Source: a virus (Duplodnaviria > Caudoviricetes). From it: DNA of 64,000 bases. Location: IMG/VR virus record IMGVR_UViG_2830161386_000001, positions 133,772 through 197,771 of that record. One strand, given 5' to 3'. Under the pieces are notes generated by a model. It did not search any database and was not told the origin of the DNA. It saw only the letters and a program-made list of their open reading frames with translations. Shown in pieces: positions 37,430 to 47,373 of this stretch. The first letter of the stretch is position 1. Each line of letters opens with the position of its first letter. The position numbers were made by a program, and so were the translations under genes.

Positions 37430-40400
37430 TTAAAACTCCCACCGGTCCGGGTCAAGTCCCTTGTCGAAGCCCTTGCCGTACATGTAGGCGCTTACCGGGC
37501 TCGTCCCCCGGATCTCCGCCTCGTGCCCTTCCTGGGCAGACGTGGTCAGCTCCCGCTTCAGGTTTTGGAAGTTCATCTTCGAGAGCCAATTTTCCCCGTG
37601 GAAGGGCACCTTCCCAACTGGCGTAAGCTGCCCCTCCGCAACGACCGGATCCTCATCGTCCCCGGCCTGCTGGTTAAACGCCTCGATTTTGCCGGACTGC
37701 ACGTTCTCGCCGGGCACAAAATCCGAATCCCCCGGGTCCCGAACGCGGGCGAAGTCCGTCATCGCGGCCAGCGTCGTCTCCGCGCCCCGGCGGTTGATGC
37801 CGCCGATCTCGTTAAAGATGGTGTGCAGCTCTCGCGTCAGGTAGTCGCGGGTTTCCTCCAGCCCCTTTGTTTTCTGCATCTCATCGGGGTCGAAGTGGCC
37901 CGCTTCGGTGATCTTCTCTCCCGCCTCCAGCTCCGCGCCCGGCTCGATTTTATCTCGGATGCGGCGCTCCGGCGGAATTCGGGTAGAGCGCGTCTCGCCC
38001 TTGTCTTTGGAGGTGTAGGTGACGTCGGTGCCGACCTTCCCGCCCTGCGCGAACACGTCTTCCGTTTCCTCAATCTCGAAGGATTCGCCGGGCTCCCCCT
38101 CCGCGATGTGGGCCTTGAAGTTCGGAGACTTTAGCTGCACGATCTCTTGAAAGCGGTCGAACGAAGGGGCGGTTTTGTCCGCCGAACCAGTTTCGTGCAT
38201 CGCCTTGAGCGTGAGCTTCGTGGAGGCCTCAATGATGCCCTGCCCCTCCCGGACGCCGACGTTTTCCCCGAGATCCGGCATGTTTCCGTTTTCCGTTCGA
38301 CCATAACAAGCCGCGCAGACCCCCTCCTCCGACTCGCAAGTCAGCGGGGAGCGCACCTTCACGGTCTCCTGCCCGGCCCGCTCCATCGCCGCGAGCTTCG
38401 AGCCGTCAATCTCCTCGCCGCTTTCGGCCAGGAACCGCCCGTTGAGGTCGTCGGTGTTGAGGCTCCCGCCCTCTTTGAGCGGAATCTCCTTCCCCGCCGT
38501 CGTGCCGCAGTCCCGCTCGGTCACGACCAGGTCTTGGCTTCCGGCGATAATCTGTTTCCCGAGGTAGCCCGGCTTTGAGGTCTCGACCGACCGGTCTCGA
38601 AGCCCCATAAGGGCCCCGTGTTGCTGGAGGTAGTACTCTCCGCCCTTGAGCCCCCGGTTCAAAGAGTTTTTGACCGGCCGGGGCACCCGGTTTTTGTGCA
38701 CGTCCTTCACCATGCCGAACGTGCCGAGCAGCTGCCGGATCTGGTTCGGGCTCGACCGGGAGCCGACCTGCATCATGCGGACCAGCGGGTTGTCCCCGTC
38801 TCGCTCTTTGATCTCTTTCTCCATTCGCTTCATCGTGCCCATGATGGTCTTGTCCTCCTCGCCCCCTTCGCCTTTCTCGACGGTCACGTCCGTCCCCATA
38901 TTCAGGTCGATTTCCGCCTGCTGGTAGTCTGCTTCATCCGGCTCTTCTTTGCCCTTCTCCTCGGCGATAATCTGGGCGCGGTCGCCGATGTACTGTTCGG
39001 ACTGTTCGTAGTGCTTCTCCGCGAGGCTGTCCTCCGGCTTTACGTCGTCGAACCCGACCGTAAAGCCCTTCTTCGTCGCGTGCTGGGAGCCGAGCATCGA
39101 GAGCTTGTGGGAGATGTCCGCGTACTTTTCGGGAAAGCGGCGCACGAGCCCCTCCAGAAAGACGTCCTCCATGCCCTCGTCATCGAGGTCCAGGCCCCGC
39201 ATGCTAATGTCCTTGTCCGGGTGGTCGCTTTGCAGCTCCTCCATGTATTTGTTCAGGCCCATCTGCCCCTCAGTGCCCTTCCGGATCGCGTCGTCGATCA
39301 GGGCCCATCCCGGCGTCCACTGCTCCGCGTCTCCGTCCTCGCCTTGAATCTTAAACGGCTGGTGGGGCTTCACGTCGCCGGTGTTGTACTTGCGGATCAG
39401 GTCGTTCTTGTCGGTTATGTCCGGCTCGTTTTTCGGCTCCGGGTCCCCGTCGGCTACAGGGCTGCTTCCGGCCACCTGCGACAGGTCGTGCAGCCCCAAG
39501 AGCTGGCTGTGGTCCGGGTGCACAAGCAGCTTTTTTGAGCCGGGAGCGCGGAGATTCCGGCTTGGCTTCATGCTGTGGGCCTCGTTTACTGCCGCGTCGG
39601 TCACCGGCACGTGGGCTGACATTGTATTGTGCACGATAATCCCCGGCCCCACGCAGAACACGTGATCGCCTTCTACGGTCATGTCTGCTACCACCGGCTC
39701 TTGCTCGACCTGCTCAACTGAGCGGACCGTATAGGCTTCCTGAGTGGGTGGCAGACCGAGCTTTTCTGCCACCTCACGACCAGACCCGAATACCGAATCG
39801 TGCACGTTGTCAAGCACGTCTTCACCCGCCTCAAGGTCTTGGGGCGCAACCTCCTCTCCGCCGACCATCATCGAGTGGTCGCTCGTCACGCGAACGGCAT
39901 AGCCGCCCCTAGTTTCAACCTCATAGGTTGGTTTGTCCGTCTGGTGGACCGTCAGCTCATTAACCGACACCCACTCCCCGTTGCTATTGAGCGTTTGAAC
40001 ACTTGACACGAACGGCAACCTGAGGTTTTCCGACGGAACCTCTCCAAATATCTGGGTGATTAACTCTTTAATTTGGCCTTCCCAAAGCCCATTGGCCATA
40101 CGAAGCACGACAGGCGTGTTGAGCGACACGGAATCCCCGTCAAAATCTCCGCCCTGAAACGGGGCGACGACCTGGTTGGGGACCCGGATTGCCTTCTCGG
40201 TGTCGTTGGACTCCGGATCCTCCGAAATCAGCTTCGGCTCGTGGGCCGTGACGTTGTGCTGCCACCACGACGGGTCCCGGTTTAGAAGCACCGGGCGGTC
40301 CTCCATTGCCTTCCGCAGCTCTTTGCGGGCCTTGTCGGTGCGGTCCTCGTACTCTTCCTTCGCGTCGACCGCGCTTCCAAGCTCTTTCGAGAGCTCGTTC

Positions 40401-43400
40401 CGGACAAACGGCTCGTAAATCGTCCACGCCATCTCCTCCGGCAGGCCGACCTCGTCGACCCCGAGGGCGTCGGTGCCCTCAATCTGTTTGAGCCCGGAGG
40501 GAATGATCGTCGACCGGCCAGAGAGGTCCTGTTTCTTTTTCATGACTTTCCGCTGGGCGTAGCCGCCCTTTGGGCCCTGCGATTCGTCGTCCTCGTCGGT
40601 AAAGTTTTGGTCCCCGGCCACGGCGCCGCCGCCGGCAATCTGGTCCATGATCGACTTGGCCTTGATGTTGCCCCGCGGGCTGGAGCCGTCCCCAAAGAGG
40701 GCCCCGAGGTCCTGCATCAGCCCTTTTCGGTCCTGCTTGATCTCTTCCTCCCCGAGGTAGTTTTCAACCGACTGATTTAGCTGCTCCTTCCCGTGAAGCA
40801 CCTCCCCGTAGAGCTTGTTCGTGGGCTGGCGGTGAATCTTCCCGTCCCCGCTGAGAAGCGGGCGGCGGTACTTGCCCGGCATCACCGGCACCTTGCTCAA
40901 CATAAAGGCGTCCTCCGGCGCCACGTCGTTTTCCTGGAGGTTGCCCAAAAACTTGAGCTTCGACTTGTACATATCCGCCCGCTCGGCCTTGAAGTCCCCC
41001 TGCATGTAGTCTTCGGCCTTTGACCGGACCTCCTCCATCGTTTTGTCCACGTCAATCGTGGAGAGAAGCTCCTTGAGGTCCTCCCCGCCGCTGTAGGTTT
41101 TGTCCCCGATCTCCACGGAGGCGTCTCCGATGTAGAGGTTCTTTACGTCCTTCTGCGTCATGTTCGACGTGGTGCGGGTCTTCCCGTTTGCCTTGTTGAT
41201 GCGGGGAGTCACGTCGTGGGACACCCGGAGCCCGTCTTCCAGGGCGTACTGAAGGCCCTTCTTGAATAGCGGGTTCGGGACCGGCTCCGGAAGCTCGATG
41301 TGGTTCCAGTTCTCCGCCCCCTCCCCGACGAGGTTCGGGTCGAAAAGCCCCTTCGTGACCGCTTTTTGCCGCCCGTACCCGCGGTCATGCTGCTTCGGGG
41401 TCTGGTAGCCGCCGGGGTTTTCGATCTCCCCCGCGCTTTTTCTCTGGATGTCCTTATCTGTCATCGGCGTGAGCTTAATCGCGTCCTTCTGGTCCTCCTC
41501 GACACTTACCCCGAGGCTTTCGATCATCGATTTAAACTTGTCAAACGAGAAGGGCGTGTCCGCCACCCGGGGCTTCCGGCCTCCCTTGACGAAGTCGTAC
41601 CAGTAGTCCTGATTTTCCGTCCCCTTGATCTGGGCCATCTCCGAGAGGTTTGCCCGGGCGTTGTGGCCGATCATGCTGTGGACGGTCAGGTTGTCCATGC
41701 TCGCCCCGCCGACGGGCTGTTCGTCCATGTCGTACCCCTCGTTGACCCCGCGGGCGTCGAACTTCTTGTTCAGCATGTGCTTCAGCTTCGCGACGTACTG
41801 CTTCCCGATGTTGACGTCGGGAATCGTCTCTCCGGTCTCCGGGTGCTCGAAGTCCTCCTGCACGTCGATGCCCAGCTCCTCAAGCTCCTGGTTTATGTCC
41901 TCCCAGTCGGTCCGGTTGTCGAAGTTTTTGACCTTGTAGGTTTCTCCCTTCTTGTCCGCGACTTTCCCGGCCGCGTTTTCGAAAATCTGCCCCACATTCG
42001 CCCGCGAGGGGACCCCGTGCGGATCGACGAGGAGGTCCGGCACCTTCCCGTCTCGCTTTCGCTTCGGCATTTTGTCCTCCGGAAGCACCTTGGAGGTAAT
42101 GCCCTTGCCCCCGGCGCGCACGGTAATCTTGTCTCCCTCTTTAAATTTCTCTTCCGTCTTCACGTACACCCGGACGCCGGCGGTATTGCCCTCCCCGTCT
42201 TTGTCCGTTTCCACGCGGGTGACGACGCCCTTGTCCGGCTTATTCCAGTAGACCGACCGGTCCCGGGCGTCGATCCCAAACTCCTTAAACGTCTGCTTGA
42301 GCTGGCGCGTCAGGTCCGGGTCGTTGCGCAGGTTTGCCTTTCCAATTGCGGTCACGAGGGCGTCTCCCTCCTCGACGGTCGCGCCCTCTTGAATAATGCC
42401 ATCGGCCCCGAGGGTGTCGCGGTTCAGGTCCCCGAGCTTCCCTCGGTCGCGCATGTGGGTGGAGTAGATGTCCAGGCCCTGCTCGTCGTTTGGCTCCGCC
42501 TCGTAGACTTTCTCGTAGACGTGCTCGGAGGTGAGCTTCTCGGCCCCCTTTTCCGACATGACCATACTGTCCTCGTAGTTGAAGCCGGACATCGGCATGT
42601 AGGCGACGTCGAGGTTTTTCCCGACCGCGAGCTTCCCCTCCTCGTCGGTGTAATTGTTGGTCGTCATGAGATCCCCTTCCTCCACCTGGTCTCCGGGGTC
42701 GACCTTGACAGAGTGGTCGATAAAGCCGCCTTGATTGAGCGGAAGGTCGTTAAAAAGCGGGTACTGCTTCTCCTCCCCCTCGTCGGTCTCGACGACAATG
42801 GCCTCCTCTTGCACTTCTTTCACCGTACCTGGCTCCTCGGCGGTCACGTTGTAGCGGTGGCCGAGTCGCTTTGAGAAGGTCTCTCCGGTTTCATCTACCG
42901 GGTCGACCAGAGGCGACTCCGCGTCTTTCAGGGAAACCCCCTGGGCCATCTGCCTCGCCCCCATAATCGCCCGCGGGCCGGAGTTGTGGTGCACAAACGG
43001 GACGATGTTGGTCCCGTCGGCCAGCATGTCGGTCATGTCCGGCAGGACGTACCGAACTTCCTCTTCGGGAACTTGCTTGACCTCGTTTCCGACGCCGGCG
43101 TAGACTTCCTCTTGCTTCGGCTCGTAGGTTTCTCCGCCCTCGGTTTCCTCCCGCTGGAAGTCGTCTGCAAACCCGATATTTCCCTCCGCGATCTCCTGGG
43201 CGGAGACGATCCGCTTCTCTCCCTGCTTCCGGTCGTAGACCTCACGCTGGACCTCCCCGTCCTCCCCGATGCGGGCGCCTTTTGCCAAAGGCATCGAGCG
43301 GCCCGGACTGCCGGTTGGGGTGTTGACCACGTCAATGAGGCCAAGCCGGGAGGGGTGCAGCTCGATGTTCTCTGGCTGGATCGCGTGCTCGGACTGGATG

Positions 43401-44596
43401 CCGCCGGGGCCCTTGATGGTAATTTCCTTGCCCCGGTTGTCGATGTCGAGGATGTTGTTGGTTTCGGTGGTGGTCGAGAGAGCTGAGTTTTTGTAGGTCG
43501 ACTGCACCTTGTTTCGGATCTTCCCCTTTACCGAGGAGAGAACCGAGGAGAGATCCGGCGTCTCCCCGCTTTGAAGCGCGTCGTCGATCCGGTTTTCCGC
43601 CTCGCTCATCTTCCCCTTTAGTTTCGAGTCCCGCTTTAGGTTCTCGCGGAGCTGGGTCGGAATCCCGTGGATGCGCCGGAACTCCTCGGAGAAGCGGTGG
43701 GTGGGGTTCTCCCGGCCGTTGAGCGTCTGGACGAGCTTCCGGGCGGACTGCTTGATCGTCTCGGCCGAATACTTCTCGGTTTCAACGTCTATGGTCTTGC
43801 GGTTTACGTCCGACTCAAACGCCTTCCCGTCCGTAAGGAAGTCCCGCAGCATCTCGGCCATCTCCTCAAAGGATGCCCCTTCCGGCAGCTCCTCCTGGAG
43901 CTTGTTCGGCGTGATGCCAGTGAAGATTTTCTTCGTCACGTTCTCCAGGTCCAGCGGTGCCGCGTCCCCGGCCGCCTGGCCGACGCTTAGGTCCTGGTGG
44001 TTGTATTTGTAGAAATCCCCCATGATGTCTTGGATCTCCGACTCCGGGACCTCAAACACCTTTAGCAAGGCGTAGACGCCCCGCTCGACCGTTTTTCGGC
44101 TCTGGCCGATCACCTGAACGTCAAGGGTCGGGGTGTCGTCGTTGTCCGCGTCGACTACGAAGTTAAACGACCCGCCCTGCTGGGAGTTGAACTCGACCAT
44201 CGCGTCTCCCTCCTTTCGGGTCGGGTAAATGCCCGGCTCCCGCCGCACCTGAAACTTGTTCTGGTAGTGCATCCCGTTGATCATCCGGGTGCCCAAGTTG
44301 TCGACAACGGGGTAGTACGGGCCAATTTTCGTGTCGTGCTCCTGGAGAACCTCCCCGTCCTTTTTGAGCTGAAACGTCCCCTTCATCGGGACCTCGTAGG
44401 ACTTGCCCTTCGCCCGGGCGTCGTTGATGTAGCCGGGGTTGTCTTCGAGGTCGTCTTTACTTTTGTCGATGTGCACGTCTTTGAGGTCGATCTGCACGTC
44501 TCCCTGGTCGGACTCCAGGGGCATCATGTCGCGCAGGGCCTTCTGGACCTCCGTCTCGATCTCCTGGTCCTCATTCCGCGTTAGAAGCGAGCTCAT
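37430..44596 (-). CDS. rpoBC: Single-chain fused RNA polymerase beta-beta' subunit with intein
   Basis: Beta motifs (HPSRLG, PFVHHN..RAIMG, GFNYEDS, GDKITVRAGGKG, PHGVPSRANVGQ, KLKHM) continue in frame into beta' motifs (HIELP, SGRSTI, LLNRDP, GDFDGD, GYL, CESEEGVCAACYG); start placed at MSSLL. Confidence 0.93.
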   Translation of the reverse strand: MSSLLTRNEDQEIETEVQKALRDMMPLESDQGDVQIDLKDVHIDKSKDDLEDNPGYINDARAKGKSYEVPMKGTFQLKKDGEVLQEHDTKIGPYYPVVDNLGTRMINGMHYQNKFQVRREPGIYPTRKEGDAMVEFNSQQGGSFNFVVDADNDDTPTLDVQVIGQSRKTVERGVYALLKVFEVPESEIQDIMGDFYKYNHQDLSVGQAAGDAAPLDLENVTKKIFTGITPNKLQEELPEGASFEEMAEMLRDFLTDGKAFESDVNRKTIDVETEKYSAETIKQSARKLVQTLNGRENPTHRFSEEFRRIHGIPTQLRENLKRDSKLKGKMSEAENRIDDALQSGETPDLSSVLSSVKGKIRNKVQSTYKNSALSTTTETNNILDIDNRGKEITIKGPGGIQSEHAIQPENIELHPSRLGLIDVVNTPTGSPGRSMPLAKGARIGEDGEVQREVYDRKQGEKRIVSAQEIAEGNIGFADDFQREETEGGETYEPKQEEVYAGVGNEVKQVPEEEVRYVLPDMTDMLADGTNIVPFVHHNSGPRAIMGARQMAQGVSLKDAESPLVDPVDETGETFSKRLGHRYNVTAEEPGTVKEVQEEAIVVETDEGEEKQYPLFNDLPLNQGGFIDHSVKVDPGDQVEEGDLMTTNNYTDEEGKLAVGKNLDVAYMPMSGFNYEDSMVMSEKGAEKLTSEHVYEKVYEAEPNDEQGLDIYSTHMRDRGKLGDLNRDTLGADGIIQEGATVEEGDALVTAIGKANLRNDPDLTRQLKQTFKEFGIDARDRSVYWNKPDKGVVTRVETDKDGEGNTAGVRVYVKTEEKFKEGDKITVRAGGKGITSKVLPEDKMPKRKRDGKVPDLLVDPHGVPSRANVGQIFENAAGKVADKKGETYKVKNFDNRTDWEDINQELEELGIDVQEDFEHPETGETIPDVNIGKQYVAKLKHMLNKKFDARGVNEGYDMDEQPVGGASMDNLTVHSMIGHNARANLSEMAQIKGTENQDYWYDFVKGGRKPRVADTPFSFDKFKSMIESLGVSVEEDQKDAIKLTPMTDKDIQRKSAGEIENPGGYQTPKQHDRGYGRQKAVTKGLFDPNLVGEGAENWNHIELPEPVPNPLFKKGLQYALEDGLRVSHDVTPRINKANGKTRTTSNMTQKDVKNLYIGDASVEIGDKTYSGGEDLKELLSTIDVDKTMEEVRSKAEDYMQGDFKAERADMYKSKLKFLGNLQENDVAPEDAFMLSKVPVMPGKYRRPLLSGDGKIHRQPTNKLYGEVLHGKEQLNQSVENYLGEEEIKQDRKGLMQDLGALFGDGSSPRGNIKAKSIMDQIAGGGAVAGDQNFTDEDDESQGPKGGYAQRKVMKKKQDLSGRSTIIPSGLKQIEGTDALGVDEVGLPEEMAWTIYEPFVRNELSKELGSAVDAKEEYEDRTDKARKELRKAMEDRPVLLNRDPSWWQHNVTAHEPKLISEDPESNDTEKAIRVPNQVVAPFQGGDFDGDSVSLNTPVVLRMANGLWEGQIKELITQIFGEVPSENLRLPFVSSVQTLNSNGEWVSVNELTVHQTDKPTYEVETRGGYAVRVTSDHSMMVGGEEVAPQDLEAGEDVLDNVHDSVFGSGREVAEKLGLPPTQEAYTVRSVEQVEQEPVVADMTVEGDHVFCVGPGIIVHNTMSAHVPVTDAAVNEAHSMKPSRNLRAPGSKKLLVHPDHSQLLGLHDLSQVAGSSPVADGDPEPKNEPDITDKNDLIRKYNTGDVKPHQPFKIQGEDGDAEQWTPGWALIDDAIRKGTEGQMGLNKYMEELQSDHPDKDISMRGLDLDDEGMEDVFLEGLVRRFPEKYADISHKLSMLGSQHATKKGFTVGFDDVKPEDSLAEKHYEQSEQYIGDRAQIIAEEKGKEEPDEADYQQAEIDLNMGTDVTVEKGEGGEEDKTIMGTMKRMEKEIKERDGDNPLVRMMQVGSRSSPNQIRQLLGTFGMVKDVHKNRVPRPVKNSLNRGLKGGEYYLQQHGALMGLRDRSVETSKPGYLGKQIIAGSQDLVVTERDCGTTAGKEIPLKEGGSLNTDDLNGRFLAESGEEIDGSKLAAMERAGQETVKVRSPLTCESEEGVCAACYGRTENGNMPDLGENVGVREGQGIIEASTKLTLKAMHETGSADKTAPSFDRFQEIVQLKSPNFKAHIAEGEPGESFEIEETEDVFAQGGKVGTDVTYTSKDKGETRSTRIPPERRIRDKIEPGAELEAGEKITEAGHFDPDEMQKTKGLEETRDYLTRELHTIFNEIGGINRRGAETTLAAMTDFARVRDPGDSDFVPGENVQSGKIEAFNQQAGDDEDPVVAEGQLTPVGKVPFHGENWLSKMNFQNLKRELTTSAQEGHEAEIRGTSPVSAYMYGKGFDKGLDPDRWEF
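39626..40132 (-). mobile_element. Mini-intein (169 aa) in the RNAP active-site loop
   Basis: DFDGD|SVSLNTPV...VTSDHS...DMTVEGDHVF..GIIVHN|TMSAHVP; block B TxxH and terminal HN followed by Thr; no room for an endonuclease. Confidence 0.92.
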
Positions 44597-45083
44597 GTTC
44601 GGAAATGTCGAAGTAATTAGCAGGCGGTCGGTGGGCGACGCGCCGACTGTCGTCAATCTGTATCGATAGCTCGGGGGTCTTCTCTTTCTTTTGCACGTAG
44701 GAGAGGGCGCTGGGGCGAATCCGGTTGACCCGCGTGTACCAGTAGTCGTAGGTGTTGCGGTGGGAGTCCCGGCCCGACGCGATGGACACAAGCGGCACGC
44801 CGCCCTCCGCCATCAGGTCCACGATCGGGTCGCTTTCCCCCTCCATCGCCGTGGTCACGAGGCGGGCCGCTGCGTTGAGGCGGTAGGAAGAGCGCCGCTT
44901 CAGCATGTACTCTTTGATTTTCTGGCCGCCCGGGTTGTCGTCCAGGTACCGGTACACCCGCATTGTCAGGCGGTCCGCCTCCTTGTCGGACTTGGTGTAC
45001 CGCTTGATCACGTCGCGAAGCGCGGAGCGCTCCTCCAAAGACTCCTCGACAACACTGGCCGGATCGGGAAGCTCGCTACTCAT
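44571..45083 (-). CDS. Hypothetical protein overlapping the RNAP start
   Basis: Overlaps both neighbours. Confidence 0.65.
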   Translation of the reverse strand: MSSELPDPASVVEESLEERSALRDVIKRYTKSDKEADRLTMRVYRYLDDNPGGQKIKEYMLKRRSSYRLNAAARLVTTAMEGESDPIVDLMAEGGVPLVSIASGRDSHRNTYDYWYTRVNRIRPSALSYVQKKEKTPELSIQIDDSRRVAHRPPANYFDISEHELASNAE

Positions 45084-45345
45084 TGCTCTCGCTTTGCTGC
45101 TGCTGGATTTGCTGCCTCGCCTCCTCGTACTCGGCGGTGCTGTCGGCCCCAGGCTCCTGCGGGACCTGCGGGTTTAGCTCCCCCCGAAACTCAATTGTCG
45201 GGTTGTTGACGGCCGTTTGGCCTCCGTCTCCGTCCGGCACGTACACCCGGACGTCGCTCCAGTCCGCGATGTCTCCGTACAACAGCTGCATCGCTTCAAG
45301 AAGCTCCGTCTTTGTCGGTCGGTGCGTCGTCGTCGGCTTGCTCAT
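45076..45345 (-). CDS. Small hypothetical protein
   Basis: Overlapping operon arrangement. Confidence 0.6.
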   Translation of the reverse strand: MSKPTTTHRPTKTELLEAMQLLYGDIADWSDVRVYVPDGDGGQTAVNNPTIEFRGELNPQVPQEPGADSTAEYEEARQQIQQQQSESNE

Positions 45346-45829
45346 TGCAAGTTTGGCACTGGCTCGAAGAAATAAACTGCTCGATTTCGCTTTGCCCCCG
45401 CTTTTCTGGGGCGATCACAACGTCGGTTTGCTCGTGTCCGGCGTCGCACACCCGGATTCGCCTCACGAAGTGCGGAGCCCGGTAATCGCTGGTAAAAAGC
45501 GACCGGACGTGGCTTTTTTCTGTGCTGGTTGCCCAGCGGACGTACACCCCGTTCCGCCGGAGCCGGGCGTACCGCTTGAGTTTCGGCCCCAGGCCCGACG
45601 GCCGGCTCAGGCCGAGCCCGTCGTACTCCACGAGCATCAGCGCCTGGTCTTCAACGCTTTGCGGGCCGAGCTGGACCCCAAAATCAGACTCGGCCCCGGC
45701 GACCACCGGGTGGCCGACGACCCCGCGAAGATACTCCTCGCGAACCAGCGCAAAAAGCACGCGGGCCACTTCTTGCTCGGACTTCGAGTCAAAGGCCCCC
45801 AAGACGCCTGATTTTGGGGCGCCGAACAT
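45296..45829 (-). CDS. PD-(D/E)XK nuclease-like protein
   Basis: DSKSEQEVA...SDF...LVEYDG pattern (Vsr/DUF559-like). Confidence 0.5.
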   Translation of the reverse strand: MFGAPKSGVLGAFDSKSEQEVARVLFALVREEYLRGVVGHPVVAGAESDFGVQLGPQSVEDQALMLVEYDGLGLSRPSGLGPKLKRYARLRRNGVYVRWATSTEKSHVRSLFTSDYRAPHFVRRIRVCDAGHEQTDVVIAPEKRGQSEIEQFISSSQCQTCNEQADDDAPTDKDGAS

Positions 45830-46449
45830 CAGAACACCTCTACTGGTGAGGCCGCCGGGCTGGGGGAATCCTCCGGGCCGCTGGCCTGCGGGTCAAGACG
45901 GGTCATCCACTGGGAAAGCGACTGTGCAAGGTCTCGTTCGCTCAGGTCCGAAAGCTCGTCGCCGACCATCCACGTGTCAAAGCCACGCGCCATCGCCTCG
46001 ACGAGCCCGGTGCTCATTTCTTCGTTCTGGTCTACACCAAAATATAACAGCCCCCCGTATATCTGGTGATGCAGAAGCGACCGCGGGATTGCCTCCGCGA
46101 CGATGCCCATGCGCCGGGTCCGGTCAATGCCAGGGAGGCAGAACGCAACTGTGGGCTGGCCGCTGATAAGATCCCCTTGCAGGTCCGTCGCCGTGGAGGC
46201 GTACTCCACTACGTTGGCAAAAAGGCGGCGGTCGTGCTCCGGCTCGTCCGGGGAGAAGGGAAAGCACATCGGCTGGCAGACCTGCTCGACGACCCCGTAA
46301 ATTGCCTGCCACCGCTCCGGCGGCCCGAGCACCCCGAGCAAAATAACGCGAACCGGCGGGTCCTCCTCTACGCCCTCTTTTTCGCTGTTTTGATCAGGGC
46401 TTTCATTTTGACTGGGCTTCCCATTTTGCCCATCCCTTTTGCTATTCAT
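45829..46449 (-). CDS. Hypothetical protein
   Basis: Overlapping operon arrangement. Confidence 0.65.
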   Translation of the reverse strand: MNSKRDGQNGKPSQNESPDQNSEKEGVEEDPPVRVILLGVLGPPERWQAIYGVVEQVCQPMCFPFSPDEPEHDRRLFANVVEYASTATDLQGDLISGQPTVAFCLPGIDRTRRMGIVAEAIPRSLLHHQIYGGLLYFGVDQNEEMSTGLVEAMARGFDTWMVGDELSDLSERDLAQSLSQWMTRLDPQASGPEDSPSPAASPVEVF

Positions 46450-46888
46450 CGTTTACGACTTGATCGGCCAATTCGTTGGGGCGGCGTTTCAGCTTTTCGT
46501 AAATGCGGGTTCCCGAACCGATGTGCGAGGACCGGTACCGAATAACCGCCCGCACCTCCGGCTCCGACAGCACGTCCTGCCGCAAAAGCCGGGCGCACTG
46601 CTCGACAAACTTGCGGGAACAGCCCCGGACGCCTCCTTCGGTAAGGCCCGCTTCTTGAGCCAGCTCGTAAGTGAGGCGGATCCGGTAAAGCGTGCGGTCG
46701 CTTTTTTTGAGCACGCGCCCGGAGACCTCAACGGCCTGGCGGGCCTCGGCAGGGGAAAGGTCTTGCTCCGACATCGCCTTTCCGGCGCGCCACCACCAGT
46801 CAACTTTGTCGTGGAACGCCTCGGCAATTTCGTCGCCAACGCGCTTTGATTTAAGTACCTCGCCTGGGCTCATCGCGCTTTCGGTCAC
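46442..46888 (-). CDS. Hypothetical helical protein
   Basis: Overlapping operon arrangement. Confidence 0.6.
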   Translation of the reverse strand: MTESAMSPGEVLKSKRVGDEIAEAFHDKVDWWWRAGKAMSEQDLSPAEARQAVEVSGRVLKKSDRTLYRIRLTYELAQEAGLTEGGVRGCSRKFVEQCARLLRQDVLSEPEVRAVIRYRSSHIGSGTRIYEKLKRRPNELADQVVNDE

Positions 46889-47373
46889 GACCGGGAAAAC
46901 AGGTTTGGCTGGATGCGGGCGATGTAGAGATCGAAGTTTTCAAAAGAGGGAGAGCGGTACGTGTACCGCGGGCTCCAACTTACGTGCCGGCCGACCGACT
47001 CGATAATGCCAGAAAGCCGGCTTGTGGCCCGGCCCGGATGAACGGCCATGTCCCGCATCCGGATCATAAACTCGTTGCCCGACCGGTACCCCGCCGCCCA
47101 AAGCGGCGCCTGCTCGCTCAAGGACAGGTCCGTTTTCGTGTGGTGGAGGATCAGCTCCTCTTCCGGCTCGATCTGGGCGCCGACCTCGTTTTTATCTGGC
47201 GGGCCTCCCTCAATCCAGCTCGCGCAGACGTAAACCTCCTGCCCAACTGGGTACTTCAACACCTCTTCGACAAACGACCGGATGGCCGCTTCAAACTCGT
47301 CGGATGCCGGGTTCACCATCGGAAGGGAAGATTGGGCGCATCTGCTACATGTCCAACCTACTCCGAAAGCCAC
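46885..47373 (-). CDS. Hypothetical protein
   Basis: Overlapping operon arrangement. Confidence 0.55.
   Translation of the reverse strand: MAFGVGWTCSRCAQSSLPMVNPASDEFEAAIRSFVEEVLKYPVGQEVYVCASWIEGGPPDKNEVGAQIEPEEELILHHTKTDLSLSEQAPLWAAGYRSGNEFMIRMRDMAVHPGRATSRLSGIIESVGRHVSWSPRYTYRSPSFENFDLYIARIQPNLFSRS

Noticed and set aside
41300-42874. Long plus-strand ORFs opposite RNAP, dnaE and others (e.g. 524 aa here, 385 aa at 30112, 444 aa at 19494)
   Set aside because: Antisense shadows of high-GC3 genes, with no recognisable motifs.
44597-44791. First 65 codons of the 2453-aa ORF
   Set aside because: They overlap the upstream gene 44571..45083 and look non-coding in this frame; MSSLL is preferred as the start.
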